Source of the DNA: Epiperipatus broadwayi
Lineage: Eukaryota; Animalia; Onychophora
Assembly: GCA_028023455.1 (NCBI GenBank)
Contig: JAQFVV010000011.1
Location: forward strand, 4,216,001 to 4,280,000
DNA length: 64,000 nucleotides
Direction: 5' to 3'
Shown: one piece after another, positions 61,646 to 64,000 of the stretch
How the letters are laid out: every line of letters starts with the position of its first letter
Position numbering within the stretch: position 1 is the first letter of the stretch
Notes under the pieces: generated by a model
What the model was told of the DNA's origin: nothing
Database searches by the model: none
What the model saw: only the letters and a program-made list of their open reading frames with translations
Program-made: the position numbers and the translations under genes

Positions 61646-62918
61646 GGTACTTTGGTATTAGAGCTGGACCTGTTGACATTCATATCAATCTGCTGATGAC
61701 TTTGTGATATCACCAAAATGACTTGTACACGACTATCTCCAAAAACAAAAAAGGACGTGTTCATGGCTCTTTTGGCAACATCTCCAAAGTTATCGGCAGG
61801 TGGTTGATACGAATGTCAACAGGCCCAGCAGGTCTAATACATGCTCCGTGTTGCAGTTCTAAAAATGAGTATGTTCTAAAACATAGTAACACATAATACA
61901 ATGGAATTCAAAGAAATATTGCAAGATTTTAAACAAAAAAATGTTATATTCAGTAGATGATTATTGAGAAATCAAGGTAATATTGCAGTGAAATTCAAAC
62001 AAATATTGTACAAATTTAAAAAAAAAAAAAATACGAGTAAATATAAAAACTTTTAAAAATACGCAGTAAATCTAAAAACTTTTAAAGATGTATTTCCAAA
62101 AAAATAAAAAACAGCAAAGTGATGCCATTGACGGTTTTAGACATTTCAATATTTTGGAAGATTTTTAACAAAAAATGTAGTATTCAGTAGATGATTATTG
62201 AGAAATCAAGGTAATATTGTAGTGAAATTCAAACAAATATTGTACAAATTTAAAAAAAAAAAACGAATAAATCTAAAAACTACGCATTTCAAAAAAAAAA
62301 AAAAAAAAAAAACAAACAAACAGCAAATGTGGCACCATTGACGGTTTTAGATATTTCAATATTTTGGAAGATTTTTAACAAAAAATGTAGTATATATTCA
62401 GTAGATGATTATTGAGAAATCAAGATAATATTGTAATGAAATTCAAACAAATATTGTACAAAATTTAAAACAGAAAAATACGAGTAAATCTAAAAACTTT
62501 TCAAAACACATCACCACCACCACCCCAATTTTAAAAATTGACTAACTACATTTTTGTGATATTTACCATGAAATATTGTACAGGGAAATCTGATTATTTG
62601 AACGTCTTCTACATGAGCCCAAAATGGACACCTGCTCAATAAAAGAAAAAAACAGAAAGCACAGAAAAAGCTAATGTGAAGATGTTAACGGATCCAAAAG
62701 ATCGCACTGATAAGGAAAGATGTTTTGACACCTCTCACGGATTACTCAGTTGTGAGCGCCATTGGTCATTCCATCATCGTGATGTCACATATAAGGAAGT
62801 ACATGTTTTCACACATCTAAAAATGGATTACTTTCACTTGTGAGTGCCGATTGTCATTCCAAGAGTCGTTGTGGATGTGAGAAGTCTCCTAACATCGCAG
62901 GTTTAATACCAAAGTACC
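61646..62918. mobile_element. 1273-bp non-autonomous Merlin-like DNA transposon
   Basis: Perfect 15-bp TIR GGTACTTTGGTATTA (fits the Merlin 5'-GGNRM motif); perfect 8-bp TSD CCATTTTC (61638-61645, 62919-62926); no transposase. Confidence 0.85.
61915..62505. repeat. ~200-235-bp tandem repeat x3 inside the Merlin-like element
   Basis: ATTCAGTAGATGATTATTGAGAAATCAAG...AAATTCAAACAAATATTGTACAAA occurs three times. Confidence 0.92.
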
Positions 62919-64000
62919 CCATTTTCATATTCTAATTTTATATTTTCAATATAATTATTTAAGAATGGGTTGTGGTGGTTGCGCGTGAATTATTTTGTTG
63001 AGGGGGGTAATATTTAATCACAATGTCTTAATGTCTTTACAAAATGTGTGTTCGCAAAGTTTCCAATTTTAATCCATACTCAGCATTGAAACAATCAAGT
63101 TGTAGAAAAATTTTGCCTAATTCATTTTAAAATATTTTAACTTCATCAATGTGGGCTACAAATCCACATAAAATTTTGTCTCTGTTTGGCCATTCAACCT
63201 TCTGATTCTAACAATAGATTGCTATATTTGGGTTCTGCATCTTCCAATAAGGATAAGACATGCTTAGATGTGAGAGTTTTGATTAAATTTATTATTTCTA
63301 TTACAATATTTATAACTTTGTAAAATTAGTTTGGAAAATGCTTTTTTCAGAGATTATATAATGAAACAATAAAATTGGATACCTGACATTAATTCAATGG
63401 TGGAATAGCAGATTCTAGAATCCAAAATCAATGGATTGCAACATAATTTTTTAATTTCCTGTGCTTGAACTTTTTATGATTCCCATGCAATTATTATTAT
63501 GTATAAAGTTGAATGATAGATTTTATTTTTTAAAAGTTTAAAATAAAATAATATTTTTATTGTCTATGGCCAGAGTTTTATCAGGTGCTACAAATGATTT
63601 TTTTTTAAAATTTCTTCAGTCTGTGAAATTCATACATTTTTTAAAAAAACATCAAATTCTTTAATTAACATTGATTCTGTATATTGTTCTGATTTAATTT
63701 GGCTATTATAAACTACTATTGCAAATCAAACAATATTAATAATTTCATCAAGATGCAACCCTGAAAATTTCAATATTTACTTTTAGGATTATATAAGTAT
63801 TATGCTTGCTGTATCCCAGATTCACCTCTTGTAAGTTTGAGGTATCAATGTATACAACACAAACTAAGTTTTTGCTAATGACTTTCATCAAAGAGGAGTT
63901 TTGGACGACATATGTACAGATCTAATGTCCATTGATTTCTTGTGTTTGCAATAAGTGGTTTGTAATAGAATAAACAATAATTGTCTGTTTATAAAAGCAC

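Noticed and set aside
1591-61764. Most short ORFs in the supplied track (60-95 aa, rich in F/L/I/Y/K)
   Set aside because: They have the composition expected of random AT-rich DNA, with no domain motifs or splice support. Only the RTE, Penelope, L2-like and 51943-52719 frames are supported.
61915-62505. Repeats with variable linkers as a CRISPR-like array
   Set aside because: The context is eukaryotic, the units are ~200 bp, and the linkers are homologous A-rich sequence rather than unique spacers.
63897-63912. TTTGGACGA (FGR) as the next kinase exon
   Set aside because: There is no preceding GTGT codons or acceptor, and the following residues do not fit.

Overview
This is very AT-rich eukaryotic (probably invertebrate) DNA. 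The only host gene I can support is the 5' end of an AGC kinase, most like PRKX/Pka-C3. It has a CpG-retaining promoter and probable non-coding first exon (~5.6-6.1 kb) and a first coding exon at 6424-6544 ending ...WSLDDFEMLKTIG. I found no further kinase exon, so 6545-64000 is probably one intron of at least 57 kb. That intron is packed with mobile DNA and is unusually rich in ribozymes. (1) Three related families of non-coding ~420-465-nt hammerhead (type I) elements, which I label RZ1-RZ3, total about 14 copies or fragments. They show head-to-tail redundancy, inverted 5' segments and 13-17-bp TSDs, i.e. retrozyme-like, probably Penelope-mobilised elements. (2) A decayed autonomous Penelope element (RT + GIY-YIG). 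(3) A full-length RTE LINE whose 5' end folds as an HDV-like ribozyme starting at the TSD-defined boundary. (4) Merlin-type, hAT and TTAA-type non-autonomous DNA transposons. (5) A 4-kb element bounded by ~317-bp direct repeats, with a TATA/Inr promoter and an intact gag-like ORF. (6) tRNA-Gly-like pseudogenes and tRNA-derived SINEs. All calls come from manual reading; no searches or folding programs were run.
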